Assembly (NCBI GenBank): GCA_026026165.1
Contig: JAPEUD010000017.1
Span: 62,001 to 126,000 of the forward strand
DNA from: Sarea resinae
Lineage: Eukaryota
DNA length: 64,000 nucleotides
Direction: 5' to 3'
Positions within the stretch are counted from its first letter, which is position 1, and each line of letters opens with the position of its first letter. Both the position numbers and the translations under genes were made by a program. The notes below the pieces were generated by a model that worked only from the letters and a program-made list of their open reading frames with translations, was not told the DNA's origin and made no database searches. Below are positions 10,662-23,467 of this stretch, piece by piece.

Positions 10662-13600
10662 ATGTCTCAATTCCAGGGGCGGCACGACGATAACGGAGAG
10701 AGGACATCTATACTTGTGGACGAGGAGAGTCCGTCCCAGAATGAAAGTCCCGAAGCTCACCCAACGGGCCTCGAAGCCACAACGACGTCCTTATCGCCAG
10801 AACTTCTTATCAACAGAGAAATTCCTCTGAGGCCGTCGATCGCCAGCGATACACTCCCCTCGCCGCCAGAGTCGACGACGGACCTCTCGTCTTTCCCACT
10901 CTATGAAGCTGAGCCAGCTGATTCGACTCCTGACCAGGCCGAGAATGCACTCGGAATCGACAATTCTGAAGGACAGGATGGAGATCGCCCGCCGGAGAAA
11001 GATGCGTCCGGCAAGGAGAAGAGGACGGAGGCAAAATTAGAAGAACCGGATCAAGACAAAGTTCTGAAGCTTTCGCCGTCAAAAATCCACGAGCTCACGT
11101 CGTCTCCTCAGTCGATACCTATGCATACTGTTCCTCCTCCAATACTACCATCTCCGCTCCCGCTGGCCAGTATTTCCGAGTCCGAAGACAAGGAGAAGCC
11201 ATCGAATCCTTCGAGGCCAGCCAAGGACACCGAACATGAGCTTCCTTCCAATGGTCGGTTGCGATCTGGTAGCTCTGGGATGTCATCTTCCATCCCTAAG
11301 AGGGAATCAAAAAATATGTCGTCCATGCCTTTCAACGAGTTCACGCCTAATACCCGAGGGGCTTCACGACCATCTCTGATCTCCAGGACCGTTTCTACTC
11401 CGCCCACGATCCGGAAAAAGCCATCTTCGATGAAACTTACGGAGAATACACAGGGCTCTACGCCCCAGCTCCACGGCCGCATAATCCCAGGCCCTCTTAA
11501 TCTCGGCGATTCAAAATCCAGTACCCGAAAATCCTCTCTGATACCGGACCCTGTTCCGTCGCCAATGCCCCCATCAATACCATTACCGCCGCGGTCTATC
11601 CCCACATATCTCCAGCTTGAATTATCGTCAGAAAGGCCATCTCCTCTGTACATCCATCGTTCCGCCGCTAGCGACTTTCCGTACGAGTCATCCAAAGTCA
11701 AATTCGAGCGACTTCTAAATTTTCTACTTTTACCTCCTCAACTGGAGCAGGTGCTATGGTTCGGCGCCCTTGCATGTTTAGATGCATGGTTGTATACTTT
11801 TACAATACTGCCCTTACGATTCTTGAAGGCTTTGGGGGTGCTCGGGCAGTGGTGGGCCCAGAATGCCAGCAAAGAGACGAAAGACATGTCGAATTTCATC
11901 TATGAGGGACTGGGAAGGATGTGGCAGCGACGACGGCGACGTCGACAATCCAGCGTCTCAGCATCAGGAGAGGGGCCCGCGGATGCGATCAGATCAGAGA
12001 TTGCCCATAATTCGACCAAAGAACCTCATTCTCCGAAGCATGCCTCTATATCAGCAGAAAATGGCAGTGCCACGATCAAGCAATCAGAGCCCGACCGAAA
12101 GCATCTCAGGATCTCCGCACAAAAGCATCGTCGGACCCGTTCTGTCCCCTCGGCGCTCCTGCCGAGTCACAAAGCCGACATCTTGCAAGGGTTTCTAGTG
12201 CTCCTGAGCTGTGTCATCCTGATGTATTTTGACGCCAGTCGCATGTACCATGGGATCCGCGGCCAAGCAGCTATCAAGTTATACGTCATCTACAACGTGT
12301 TGGAGGTACGAGCCGCAAGAATATCTTCCAGTATTTCCTACTAACGATGATACCACAGGTCTGCGACCGTCTATTTTCCGCCCTTGGCCAGGACGTCCTC
12401 GAATGCCTCTTCTCAAAGGAGACGCTGGAGCGCAAAGCCGACGGCCGGAGCAAAGTTCTCCGACCGTTGTGGATGTTCCTCCTTGCACTCATCTATAACG
12501 TCGTCCACGCGACGGCGCTCTTTTACCAAGTCATCACGCTCAACGTGGCCGTGAACAGCTACTCCAACGCACTACTGACCCTGCTGATGTCGAATCAATT
12601 TGTCGAGATCAAAGGCACCGTCTTCAAGAAATTCGAAAAGGAAAACCTCTTCCAACTCACGTGCGCCGACGTCGTCGAACGCTTCCAGCTCTGGCTCATG
12701 CTGCTCATCATCGCGCTCCGCAACATCGTCGAAATGGGCGGCCTAAGCATTGGGAGCAGTCTCAGCGGAGGCGGGGATACGTCCAACAACAACCCCCTCG
12801 GGGATAACCTGACGGGTAGCAGCATGCCGTTGCGGTCCTCCAGCATCCTACCCAAGAGCTTCACGATCTTTCCGAAATGGACGGGGCAGGTCATGGGGCC
12901 ATTCCTGCTCGTGCTCGGCAGCGAGATGCTCGTCGACTGGCTCAAACACGCTTACATCACGAAATTCAATAATGTCAAGCCGGCGGTCTATGGCCGGTAT
13001 CTGGATGTTCTGGCCAAGGATTACTACTCTAACGTACGTCTATCCATCTGCTATTCATTTTAAAAATTCATTCCACCACTCGAGCTTAGCCCATCTCTGT
13101 AAACATACTAACGTCCCCGTCTCTAGGCCTTTGCAGACCAAAACCTAACCCGGCGTCTTGGGCTCCCCGTGATCCCCCTCAGCTGCCTCTTCATCCGGTC
13201 GTCGGTACAGACATACCACATGTTCCTAGCGACGCAAATGCCGCTGCCGTACCCCTCATCCAGCACGTCCATCTCAGTAGACGCCTCGACCGCCTCGCCG
13301 GCCACAACGGCGGCCCTCGCGCACATCGACCACATCTTCCGGCGCGCGCTGGGCCGGTCGTCCTTTGGCGCCGGCGGCGGCTATCCGTCGCCCACGCCCG
13401 GCGCCAACGACTACTCGGGCTGGCTGTCGTCGTCGCTGGGCGGCTGGATCACGTGGCGGTCGGCCGACGACGCCATCGCCTTCGCCACCATGCTGCTCTT
13501 CTTCCTCGTCATCTTCCTCGTGCTGCTGGCCGCCAAGCTCGTGCTGGGGATGATCTTGCTCTCGTTTGCGCGCACGCGCTACCGCGGCATGAAGACGCGC

Positions 13601-13861
13601 GAGAAAGGCGCCAGCTACGATACCGGCGGCCGCCGGGTCGGCGGCTGGGGCGTCGTCGAGGTCGACGAGGATAAGAGACGCTGGATCTATGTGGATGATC
13701 CCGAGGGGGCGCGGGCATTGAGGGAGCGCGAGAGGGCGGCGAGGGAGAGAGAAGGCAGGGAGAGGGAGGGAACGGCGGGCGGGAAAGGTGGTGGTGGCAG
13801 CAATAACACAGGATTTGAGGGCGTTAATCGCTATTCCATGGTCGCCAAGCGAATCTGGTAG
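10662..13861 (+). CDS. EMP65: EMP65/TAPT1 family (DUF747) ER membrane protein; 3 exons (introns 12306-12358, 13034-13126)
   Basis: LEQVLWFGALACLDAWLYTFTILPLR, DASRMYHGIRGQAAIKLYVIYNVLE|VCDRLFSALGQD, SNQFVEIKGTVFKKFEKENLFQLTCADVVERFQ, SEMLVDWLKHAYITKFN and C-terminal RYSMVAKRIW. First in-frame ATG is 10662. Confidence 0.93.
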
Positions 13862-14363
13862 GGGATTGCTGCACTGGGTAGTGGGATGCCGGGTGTGTAG
13901 TGATTGAGCGTATGTATGTATCTTGTTCGTGCTCGTCCTCGTCGTTTGTGCTTGGGCTTTTTAGATGAGAGGTTAGAGTACACTGTGACTGGGTTTTTTG
14001 GGAGCTTTTTCCCCCCCTCTTCTCCTCTGAGGATATATATCTCGGATTCCAGATCCCCGTCTAGTGAAGTAACCGATCCGATTGGATTGGATTTGATTTT
14101 CCAACGATTCGTCCGTCACAAGAGATTGATCCATCCAGCTACGCATGACCGAAAACAAAACCATTAGATCCGATACCGATACCAAAACCTAAAACGCCCG
14201 AAATCCACCTGGACGCGAAGACAGCCGAAAGGACGCGAACCCAGGGCCAGCTACACCATGCCTACCTACTCCCCATCTCCATTCCCACCCGGTCCAGACC
14301 CCGGTCGGGGAACACCCATAGTCTCGCGGCTCTTTCGAATCTGCTCAGAAGACGCGCAGCAGG

Positions 14364-15239
14364 TTAGTGCCGCGGCGGCCCGGTGAAGACCCAGACATTT
14401 CGTCGGGTACGGTCTTCTAAAGGGCGGCCGTTGGGGAACCTGTGGTGTCATTTGGTCAGTCAGTGCGTGTACGCTATATTAGATCATGGATTGATGGTGG
14501 AACGCCGAGAGAGGGAGGAAGAGAGGGAGGGGAGTGAAGGGGGCACGGGCGAACTTACTCCCCCTCGGCGCGTTTGCGGGACGCCGATTTCGGCTTCTTG
14601 TTATGGATGCGAAGACGCTCAAAGAAGCAATACCTGCACACGAAATCACAGCTCGGCCAGTCATGCAAGCCGAAAGCAGGCAGAACATGTAAGAACGACA
14701 TCGAACAAGAGGATTCAACAACAACAGCAACAACGCAGATTACTACTGCTACCACTACAACAGACGAAACAAGGCGGTACGCACGCGCCATAATATGTGC
14801 CATTCTCAGCCCCGCCCGTCTCGCCCTTACTGCTCATGAAGCGCTTCAACGAGTTGCCGTTGACGTGGCCGATGTCCTTGCAGAACTGCGTCTTCATGTA
14901 CGGCTTCGGCGTGCCGTCTTTCTTGAACTCGCCCGGGACCGGCGTGTTCGAGGAGAGGAAACGCGTTATCTTAGCTCGCACGTCGCTGCATTTGTCGTAG
15001 ACGGGTACTTCGTCCTCTTCATCGCCTTCGAGCTCGACATCGAGGAAGGAGCCCGATGCGTCGGAGGAAGAGGAGGCGTTGGAGGTGGTGTTACTCATCG
15101 GCTTGCTGCTGTTGCTGCTGGAATCCGCTTTCGAGAGTTTGTTGCCCGATGATTCCGTTAGGGATGTTTGCCGCGGCGAGGATTTGGGGTACGGCTGGAC
15201 GCCTTTGGGCTCGCTCTTGCGGGCGGCGGCTTTCGGCAT
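14364..15239 (-). CDS. Conserved fungal hypothetical protein (DUF7726-like); 3 exons (introns about 14635-14784 and 14440-14558)
   Basis: Splicing gives VPVYDKCSDVRAKITRFL...FMSSKGETGGAENGTYYGA|YCFFERLRIHNKKPKSASRKRAEGE|FPNGRPLEDRTRRNVWVF, matching the VYDxC...YxFFEKLRI...KPKS pattern of this family; donors GTGCGT and GTAAGT. Confidence 0.8.
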
Positions 15240-16421
15240 ATTGGGCTGACCTTTCGCTCAATTGATGATCTGGTGTTCGAGGCGATTGGTGTAGGTGTGC
15301 AGTATGTTCGCGGTTAGTGGATGGAGGATTGTGGATGAATTGCGATCTGTGATGGGGCTGCCTGGGTACCTACCTGGTAGGTAGGACGCGTTTTCGGCGA
15401 CATTGCGCATGCCCGTCACATAGTCAACACGAGAGACGCGCCCACGTCGCCAATGCACGTAATACTTGCTTTTCATGACAGGAAAATGGTGTAAATCCGC
15501 ACCTAATGTGGACGGCCCGAAGCAGTGGTCATGAGAGCCAAATGATATGGGCGTTGAGAAAACATCAGACGTGAGAGAAGCTGTAAAGGTGGTGTTGAAC
15601 TTGATATCACAATGGCAGGCGGGTTGCGGAGTTGGCTGGTCAAATTGTCACATCATGAAGGCTATCATTGATGACGCTGATGATGATTGTAGTTCATTGG
15701 TATGCGTATGCAAATGGAGGGCGTGCATATGAATGTACTGTATGTGAGTGCCGTACATGGGGTGCGGTTGCGTGCCCGAATTTCAAGAGGCAGGGCTAGA
15801 TTTGCTTGTTTATGTCCTCCAGCGACGTAGTCTTCCTCACGTACACCCAAAGTTGGTTCCGTAACGTCCCTACAAGGGGACCTGAGCTTTTCGGCATCTG
15901 GTGTCGTGACGATGCCAATGTTGGGAGGATGTAGATACGACGGGGTGCTTTCGAGTACTACCCACAGGGGATCCCCAAGAGATCATGAATTCGTCTCCTG
16001 TGGGGGGTGATGGCATTGTGCCTGTACTTGTCCTTCAAGATGACTCTGTGTCTCATCGGGTTCCCTTCACCACTCTGACCGAGGGACTCCTCTCAATCTT
16101 TTGACTATCAAGCAAGGTGTCAATAATAAAGGGTAAATTGTGGAAGTTGATAGGCGACAAAAACACAGACGAACAGTTCAATATAATATATTCAATATCC
16201 AAGATGATGGTATTAGTGACTTCAGCTGGTCTGAGCAGTCGAGAGCTTGCTTGACCGATAAAGAAATCCGGAATCTTTTCGTCGTGGGGATCATGATAAG
16301 TGGTGAAGAGAACAGAAACAAGAGAGAGAAGATAGGTAGGCGGGAGAGGGAAGCTGCAAAGAAAGCCTTGGTCCTTTGTCGGAGATGAATGAGACTTAAC
16401 AAGGAAAACAAAAATTCTCTT

Positions 16422-18143
16422 TCATAAGGGGGGTTTCTGGCCGTACACAACATCCCTATGCAAGCATTAGCAACTCCCCACGCCGAAAATGTCTCACGAA
16501 AAATCACTCACATAGGAACATAAGCATGTATATTCCGATCCTGCAATTCTCGCCTGACCTTCACCAAAAATACCTCAACCTCACTCGACGCCCAGCCCAA
16601 TCCCCTCGTAAACATCGCTACACTAAACCCGTGAGCGCCTTCCAACAAATTTTGCATATTGTATAGTCCCAGCTGCTGATAGTGACGATCGCGTGGCCAA
16701 GGGTTGGTAGGTAATTTAAAACGTTCCTGGCGAATGTTGACGAAACCCGCAGCTTTCATCCAGCGCTTATACATACGTGCTGTGGTGTAGGGGTGGTCGA
16801 GGTTATGTGCGGCTTGGATGCAAAGCTCAGACCATTCGGCCAGGGCGGAGTCGGGGAGGAGAGTGCCGTCGTCGGAGCGGTAAGGACGGATGATCTCTTG
16901 AATTTCGAGCCAGCCCCCCGGCTCGAGATTTCTGAAAACAAAGGAAACCAAAAGGTCAGTAGGGCCAGACAAGCACAGCATTTGAATCCGAAGAGAAAAT
17001 CCGAAGAGACGAGAAAACGAAAGGGCAACGAGGCCTGCTTACTCGAAGCTTTGTTCCATAAAGCGTGGCCAATCAGCTAGAGCTGTTGTTAGAACACGGC
17101 CGTGAATAAAGTCGAATTTGTGGCCAAAGGCCCATTCATCCTCGGCGTCGTCAACTTCGAATATTAAATTTGGAGGCACGCTTGGATGGTCAGCTATAAG
17201 CGCTTTCTACAACAGAGAAAATGCGTACGAGTCTGGTTGAATTGGTGACAGGTCGGTTCCAATGACTGAAATGGTCAGTTTGACTCCAAAAGGTGGTCAG
17301 GCTCAGGGCATACCCTTCGTCTCAGGGTTGGCGTCAGCTGTACTCCAAGTCAGTGGAAGTGCCTAACAAAAGCCACGGCAGCCGACCGAGGCATACCATA
17401 ATCTATGGCCCAAAGGCCAGAGCCAGTACCAACATCGAGGACGTGTCGCGGATTTGGCCCGAGAGGGGAGAGAAACAATCGTCCGCCCATAGCCACGTCG
17501 AAAACCGTATGCAATATCCCTTCACAAATCAGCAACCACAGCAATAGAGAGACATGGGAACGAGCCACGCACATTCTCTCGCAATCTCTTTCTGGGTATT
17601 CCGATATCGGATTAGCAGATGAAACCAAAGTCGAAATGAAGATTTGCAAACTACCTCATCATTCGGTAACAGGTACTTTCCATCTCTATATGCATGATAC
17701 GTGCGGCCATTCTCTTTTCTGTATTTGGTCACGCTCGAGAGCAATGACGACGTATCACCGATCCTGTCATTCTTCATGGTGAGCATGATTCTGTCTGCCG
17801 GCAGAGCACGACAATGATTCTGAACTTACAGGTCATCATTAGGACTGAGATGTGATCGGGAATCGTCCTGGAAGGAAGATAAACAATTCAGCGACAGGTC
17901 AACGTTGATGGAGGGCATTCAATCAGAAAATCCATCGAGATGGCAGTACGTAGAATAGAGTAAGGAAATAAAAAAAGAACATGGAGTACTGCGTAGCCGT
18001 GAGATACAGCGACTGGTGTGTGTGTGTATACAAGGCAGAAAAGAATGCAGGAATGCGGCGCAACGGACATCTACCTCAAGCAGTGGTCCCTCGTGATCTG
18101 CCGACCCCGTGGTGACAGTCGATTGGGACGACGAGTCGGGCAT
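16422..18143 (-). CDS. Class I SAM-dependent methyltransferase, LaeA-like/TAM-domain family; 10 exons
   Basis: Spliced motifs: YRKENGRTYHAYRDGKYLLPNDE, VLDVGTGSGLWAIDYAD, VIGTDLSPIQP, VPPNLIFEVDDAEDEW, FDFIHGR, NLEPGGWLEIQE, AAGFVNI, LPTNPWPRD, VVYGQKP. Confidence 0.93.
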
Positions 18144-19262
18144 GATGTCTCGAAACGACAAGGAATGGATCAATGCGAAGCGGTAACTGGAAGAGAAACC
18201 GACAGGACGGCGACACCGTTGGATGGTCACGACGGACGGGAAGAGACCCAGCGGAGCGGAAGGGCAACGGAGGGATAATAATGGTAGCGGGACGAGTAAT
18301 AGTCGTAGTGATAATGTAAGAGGTCAAAGGGATCGATGTGGGCTTGGGTAAATGGACAGAATATCCGCTGCGGCCTGCCAGTTCGGGTCCCCACTGATGA
18401 TGCTTCAGTAGCGCCCGCTCATACCTTCGGGAGGATGCTGAGAGCAAGACAAGGACGAGTAACAGATAGCCGGATCTCGAGGGAGATCGGGAAAGGGTCG
18501 TCGGGATAGATGGAGCAGGGGATGATTTGGGTTCAGGTGATTTAGGTTACGCTGGAACTGGGGTTTTCGGGGGTTTATGCCTCGACGAGTTCGGACTCTG
18601 GTAGAGATCGAGGGGCACGTCCATCCCATAATCCGATGGGAGTTGGTTGATACCCTCACAACAAGCTGCACGCATGCACACACACGCAGAGACGCCGAGA
18701 GTGCATGAACAAGTGTACGAGGTACAGGAGGTACTGAAGTATGGTTGCCTTCCAGGTTGGCCGATGCGGTGGGGAAGAAAGATGGAACGAGAAACGCAAT
18801 CGAGATGGATGACGCTCGTCGATAAGTCGACCGCGAGGACCAGACCGAACGAGGTAGGAGGCAGGTATCTCGCAGGAGGCCGGCACGCCAAAGAAGACCA
18901 CGTAGTACTTCTTGGGTCGAGAGCAGACAGGGCAGCAAGCACAGCAAGCAGAAGAACCACCCGGATCACTAATATTATATACCGATCATGCACTTCGTAC
19001 GATGGACGAGGGCCGATGTATAAGGATGAGGTGAGAGCGAAAGAGGGAGGGACAGAGAGAAGGCGACCAGCTGCATCCACAGGGTGACCCGACAGACGCA
19101 CGAGAAAGAGAAAATTCTCCCAGCGGTCGAGCTGTCGCTGTCGAGCTGTCCGCCAGATTATGCGATTCTGACCGTTGACCTCCACTTGCAATGGCTGCGG
19201 CCATCGTCCCATGAGATGCCTTAGGTGCAGTTCGTGCAGCTCTAGTTCGGCTAAAGAGGGGC

Positions 19263-19313
19263 TCCCCCCCCCCTCCCCCCCCCTCCCGTCCCCTCACCCC
19301 CTCCCACCGCCGC
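19263..19313 (-). repeat. Poly-C-rich tract (G-runs on the minus strand; G-quadruplex-capable)
   Basis: ccccccccccTcccccccccTcccgtcccctcaccccctccc gives six runs of 3 or more G on the minus strand. Confidence 0.7.
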
Positions 19314-20076
19314 CTCTCGGTCAGTTCCTTGGGTCTCCCAAAGGCCAGTCAAGCGACATCGATCGTCGCCATGCATTGTCGTCCTCGCCCTTCCTGCTCT
19401 CCCGTGCTTTCCTGCCTCTCTAGGGAGCGCTGTCACCCGAGCGCTCCAAGTAGTGCGATCCTCCTTCCCAGGAACCAGTCACAGCTGGTCGGCCCTCACC
19501 GTCTCGTCTCCATCTCGGCTTGGCCGCCAGGCAAAACGTCCAGTCGCATCTCCACCGAATTACGTGACTACTCTACATCCTGCACGTCCACTAACCGCTA
19601 ACCCACATCCAATGCACACACTCTGCAAGTCGTTGTCTGCAGTCTGCAGTCTGCATGCTGCATGTTACCATACCAATGGGACCATCCCAAGGAGACGAAA
19701 AAGAGGGACATGGTCGACATCACCAGTCACCTTGCCGGATGATCCACGGTGCTTTGTACCGAGTAATATATTGACTTTGCCTAAGCTATTACTGAGAGCC
19801 ATCCAACGACTCTGGCCTCTACCTTCTCTCCGCATCATCGTCGGCCCATGCGAGGTGATTCGAAGACGCGCCAAATCGATAGTAGTAGCGTGCCATCCAG
19901 TATCCTGTCCTTTTTTGCTTCCTTCTCCCTTTTTAATCAATACAGAAGACCCAGCAATGACGCGGTAGAGCAGAAGGTGAAAAGTACATCAAAGAAAGAA
20001 AGTTATGACTGCCAAATAGAACAGTTGATAATCATACTGTACAAACGACCCCGTCAACCGCCATCCTCCACCCTGG

Positions 20077-22560
20077 CTAATGGGATCCATCATCGCCTCC
20101 AAGAAGGGGTGTTGACTCGCTACTCTTTGCCCGGCTCTTCTTCTTCTTTCTACGCCGCTTTTTCTTCGCTCCTGGCTCATCACCGTTCGTGTTTGCTGGG
20201 TGACTAGTGTCCCTTTCGGCTCTGTCTCCGCTCCCTCCACTCGTATGGCCATTGGCGCGTTCCTCTGTATCGGAAGAGCTGCTAGTCGTTTCCAGGATCA
20301 TCTTTTTGAATCCCCCGGCCTCAATGATGTTCTCGGTTATGCTGCCGGACCTTGCATTCCCTCTCTTATGAGAGCTGATGGGACGTGACTTGTCACGACT
20401 TTCAATCGAGTTAATTGTGCTGTGTGAAGCATTGCTTCCTCGGCGTGCCGATCGTGGGTTTCTAGAATCTTCGGCATCCGAGCCGTTCAACCCGGTGGCA
20501 TGGTCGTCAGAACCTTCAGGCTGTTCCGGGGTGGGTGCAAGGGTGCGATCGAAGCTACCATATCCAGTCTGGACAGCGTATACTCCGTCGGCTGCCTCTT
20601 TCCCCGCCGATCTCAATAGACCTGCACCAATACCCCCATCTGGAGCATGCTGTGGGACGCTCGTAGGTGTATCGATCTTCTGTGAGCTCCGTGCAGATGC
20701 TTCTGGCGTTAGTGCCCCAGCAGGTTTTATCTTGACGGTATTGTAGCGAGTTTGCTTCGGTCTGCTTGCGAGATTCGAGGGACCGAGGTGTTTCAAGTGC
20801 TGTCTCATTTCGGAATCGGTGCTACGCATTTGAACAGTGACAGGATCTCTCAGCTGCCCGGCTGCGCTAGATGTCCGGCGAAGCAAGTACGTAGCTCTAG
20901 GGCTTGTGCCCAATTCCGTAATGGAGGACCTTTTGGCCTGGCCGATGGTATGCTGGCTTTCCAATGAGGCGCGCCGAAGCCCCTCAGGGTTCTCATGGCT
21001 ATCAATGATACTCTCTTGGGCAACTGCCTGGGAAGCCTCGGGCTCAACTACAACATGTCCCTTGGGTACGCGACTCTTGGGAGCTGGCGCCAATCTTCTA
21101 ATGGCCTTGTGAACGTCGACAAAAACATCGGATTCATCTATGATTTCTCTAGATTGTGACACAATATGATCAGCTTTGAGCATGCTAGCAGACCCAACAC
21201 AATGCTGGGGTATGGGCCTTGCTGTCGTTGAGTACTTACTCGCCGATCAATTCTTCAATCACGTCTTCCAGTGTGACAACACCAAGCGCACCAAAGTTCT
21301 CTCCAGGATAGTCGGAAACCAATACCATGTGAGATTTCCCTTCCTGAAAGAAATTGACGATGTCAAGGCAACTTGTTTCCGGTCGGGTCTCGGGTAAAGT
21401 AGCCAAAGCAAATTCGCTGACACGTTTTTCATCCTCGGGATCATATGTGATCAGTATCTTCACCAAGAGCATGCCCACGAAATTCAGTGGGTTATCCGGT
21501 GTGTGGATAGGTATTCGCGAATACCCTGCTGATAGGATAATGTCCATCGTTTTCTCGTCAAGAACCGTATCAGAAGACATTGTAAACACGTCGTCCATTG
21601 GCGTCATTATGCTTCCTACCGATTTCTCTTTGAGATCCAGGACAGCGCTGATAATTGTAACTTCGTCTTGGTTGAGGCGATCACTGGGAGTCGATCCCAA
21701 AGTTTTGTGAAGAGTGACGAGAGTTTTGAGGCCAGCTTTCTTATAGACTGTGCCGTGCTCTTCACCAAGAAGATAGTCGAGAAGCTTCGCCGTTGGCCAA
21801 GCGACAGGTGAGAGTATGAACATCAGGAAGAGGACACATGGTGACATCCAGGCGCCAATGGGTAGACCGTAACGTACGCAGATAGATTGCGGTGCAATCT
21901 CTCCAAAGATAACTGCATTCGCGTCAGTATTCCGCTGCTATCTGTGGAAGCATATTTCAAGCACATACCAATGAGGACCGTGCTGCTGAGTACAGCTGGC
22001 CATCCACCTCCGAGTGACCTGTCCAGGACGATGGGTAAAGTCTCGTTCGTGATCACATTACTGAGAAGAAGTGTTACAAGCACCCAATGCTTGCCCCGAT
22101 TCAGCAGTCGCAGGACCTTGCCGGCATTCTTCCTCTCCGAGCCTTCGCCTGAAGACTCAATGACCTGCAAGTATATCTCATCCTGACCCATCAGACTAAA
22201 CATCGAGATCAGCAACAAGCTTGTAGACTGTTCGAATCTTGTGAGTACTCACGCGATAGTCAGGCCCGCAAACGCACCGCCTAACAGAACTAGAATAACC
22301 GCGGTGCCAAGATAGATCCATAAGCTGGGGTCATCGGGCTTTTTAGAATGGGGCTCGTCGGCCATCAGGATCGAACCATATTGGAACAACGGGGCAGCTC
22401 TGATGTAGGGAAGGTGGGCGAGGAGGATGAATAGAATCTTCACCATCGACTGGACAGGAGCTGTTGCACCGATGCGGCCTTTTGTCGACAAGGGCGATGC
22501 ACGCAAGCCGTGGATAGAATTGGCACGGTGCGCACCGACAGATGGCGGAAGAGACGCCAT
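20077..22560 (-). CDS. MAM3: MAM3/CNNM family DUF21 + CBS-pair metal homeostasis membrane protein; 4 exons
   Basis: [98 protein letters not shown]. Confidence 0.95.
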
Positions 22561-23467
22561 TTGATGGTGACCGCTGGGCCTCTCGAGGCCGGAACGAAGT
22601 GAAGGGTTGACGGATCAACTGCAGAGAGTGACGAAGAAACCCATAGGGAAGAGAAGAGGAGAGGGCGTGATGTGGTGAAACAATCGGTGGGGAAAGGGAG
22701 AAAATGGAGTTGGAGAGAGAGATGAGGAAGATGGCTCGCGGGGCTATTTGATGTTACCTACGCGAGTCAACTGTGGTATTTTTGGCTAAAAGAGGAAGCG
22801 ACGTTCAGAGAGAGCCGGACGCGAAGACGATCATTACTTCCACTAGAATCGCACCTTCCGTTCCTTGCTGCGTACCGTCTCTTCCCTACAGTGCTGTCTG
22901 ATCTTGAGGCAGACAGGCCGACCGGCAGACTGGCAGTCAGGCAGTCTGAGGGTCCAGCAATCGAATAGCCCTAAAGACGCGGGCAGCCATCAAGGATCAA
23001 TTACTGAAGTAAAGGCGCCCGGACTGCTCCATCCAGCTGGGGGAATTCCATGATACTTCGCTCTTACCTGCGGCGGTCACGGACCAGCAATGGGGTAATC
23101 GTCATTTGAGGTGTGCAGACGCTCGTCACCACTGGCCGGAGGTACCTCCGTACCCTCGTACCATTGATCCATTGTCACTCTCAGAGTACTCCGTACTTCC
23201 AAGTTCATACTATGGAATACGTCGTACTCCGTACTCTATCCCCGAAGATGGATGCATGGATGGATCAAATGCTCTCCTGTATTGAAATCCGTATCAACTG
23301 GGCTCCAAAGACTGTGGGGTATGGGCGAGAGCCGACGCTAGCCGTTGACAGCTTCAAGCAAACACCCCGCAAACAACGGCTTGGACCTTTCGCTCTTCTG
23401 TTCCTCTCTGTGATCTGCAATTGTCTTCACAGTGATGCTACGTCTATAGTCTAGCAGCCAGGAAGCC

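Noticed and set aside
10421..10693. 90-aa ORF overlapping the EMP65 start out of frame
   Set aside because: No coding features and TSS unknown; cannot distinguish a regulatory uORF from chance.
18230..19970. ORFs of 146-221 aa (18405-18947, 18547-19212, 18647-19087, 19453-19968)
   Set aside because: Overlapping, Arg/Ser/Pro-rich, mostly with non-ATG starts and no domain features; consistent with GC-rich intergenic or leader DNA.
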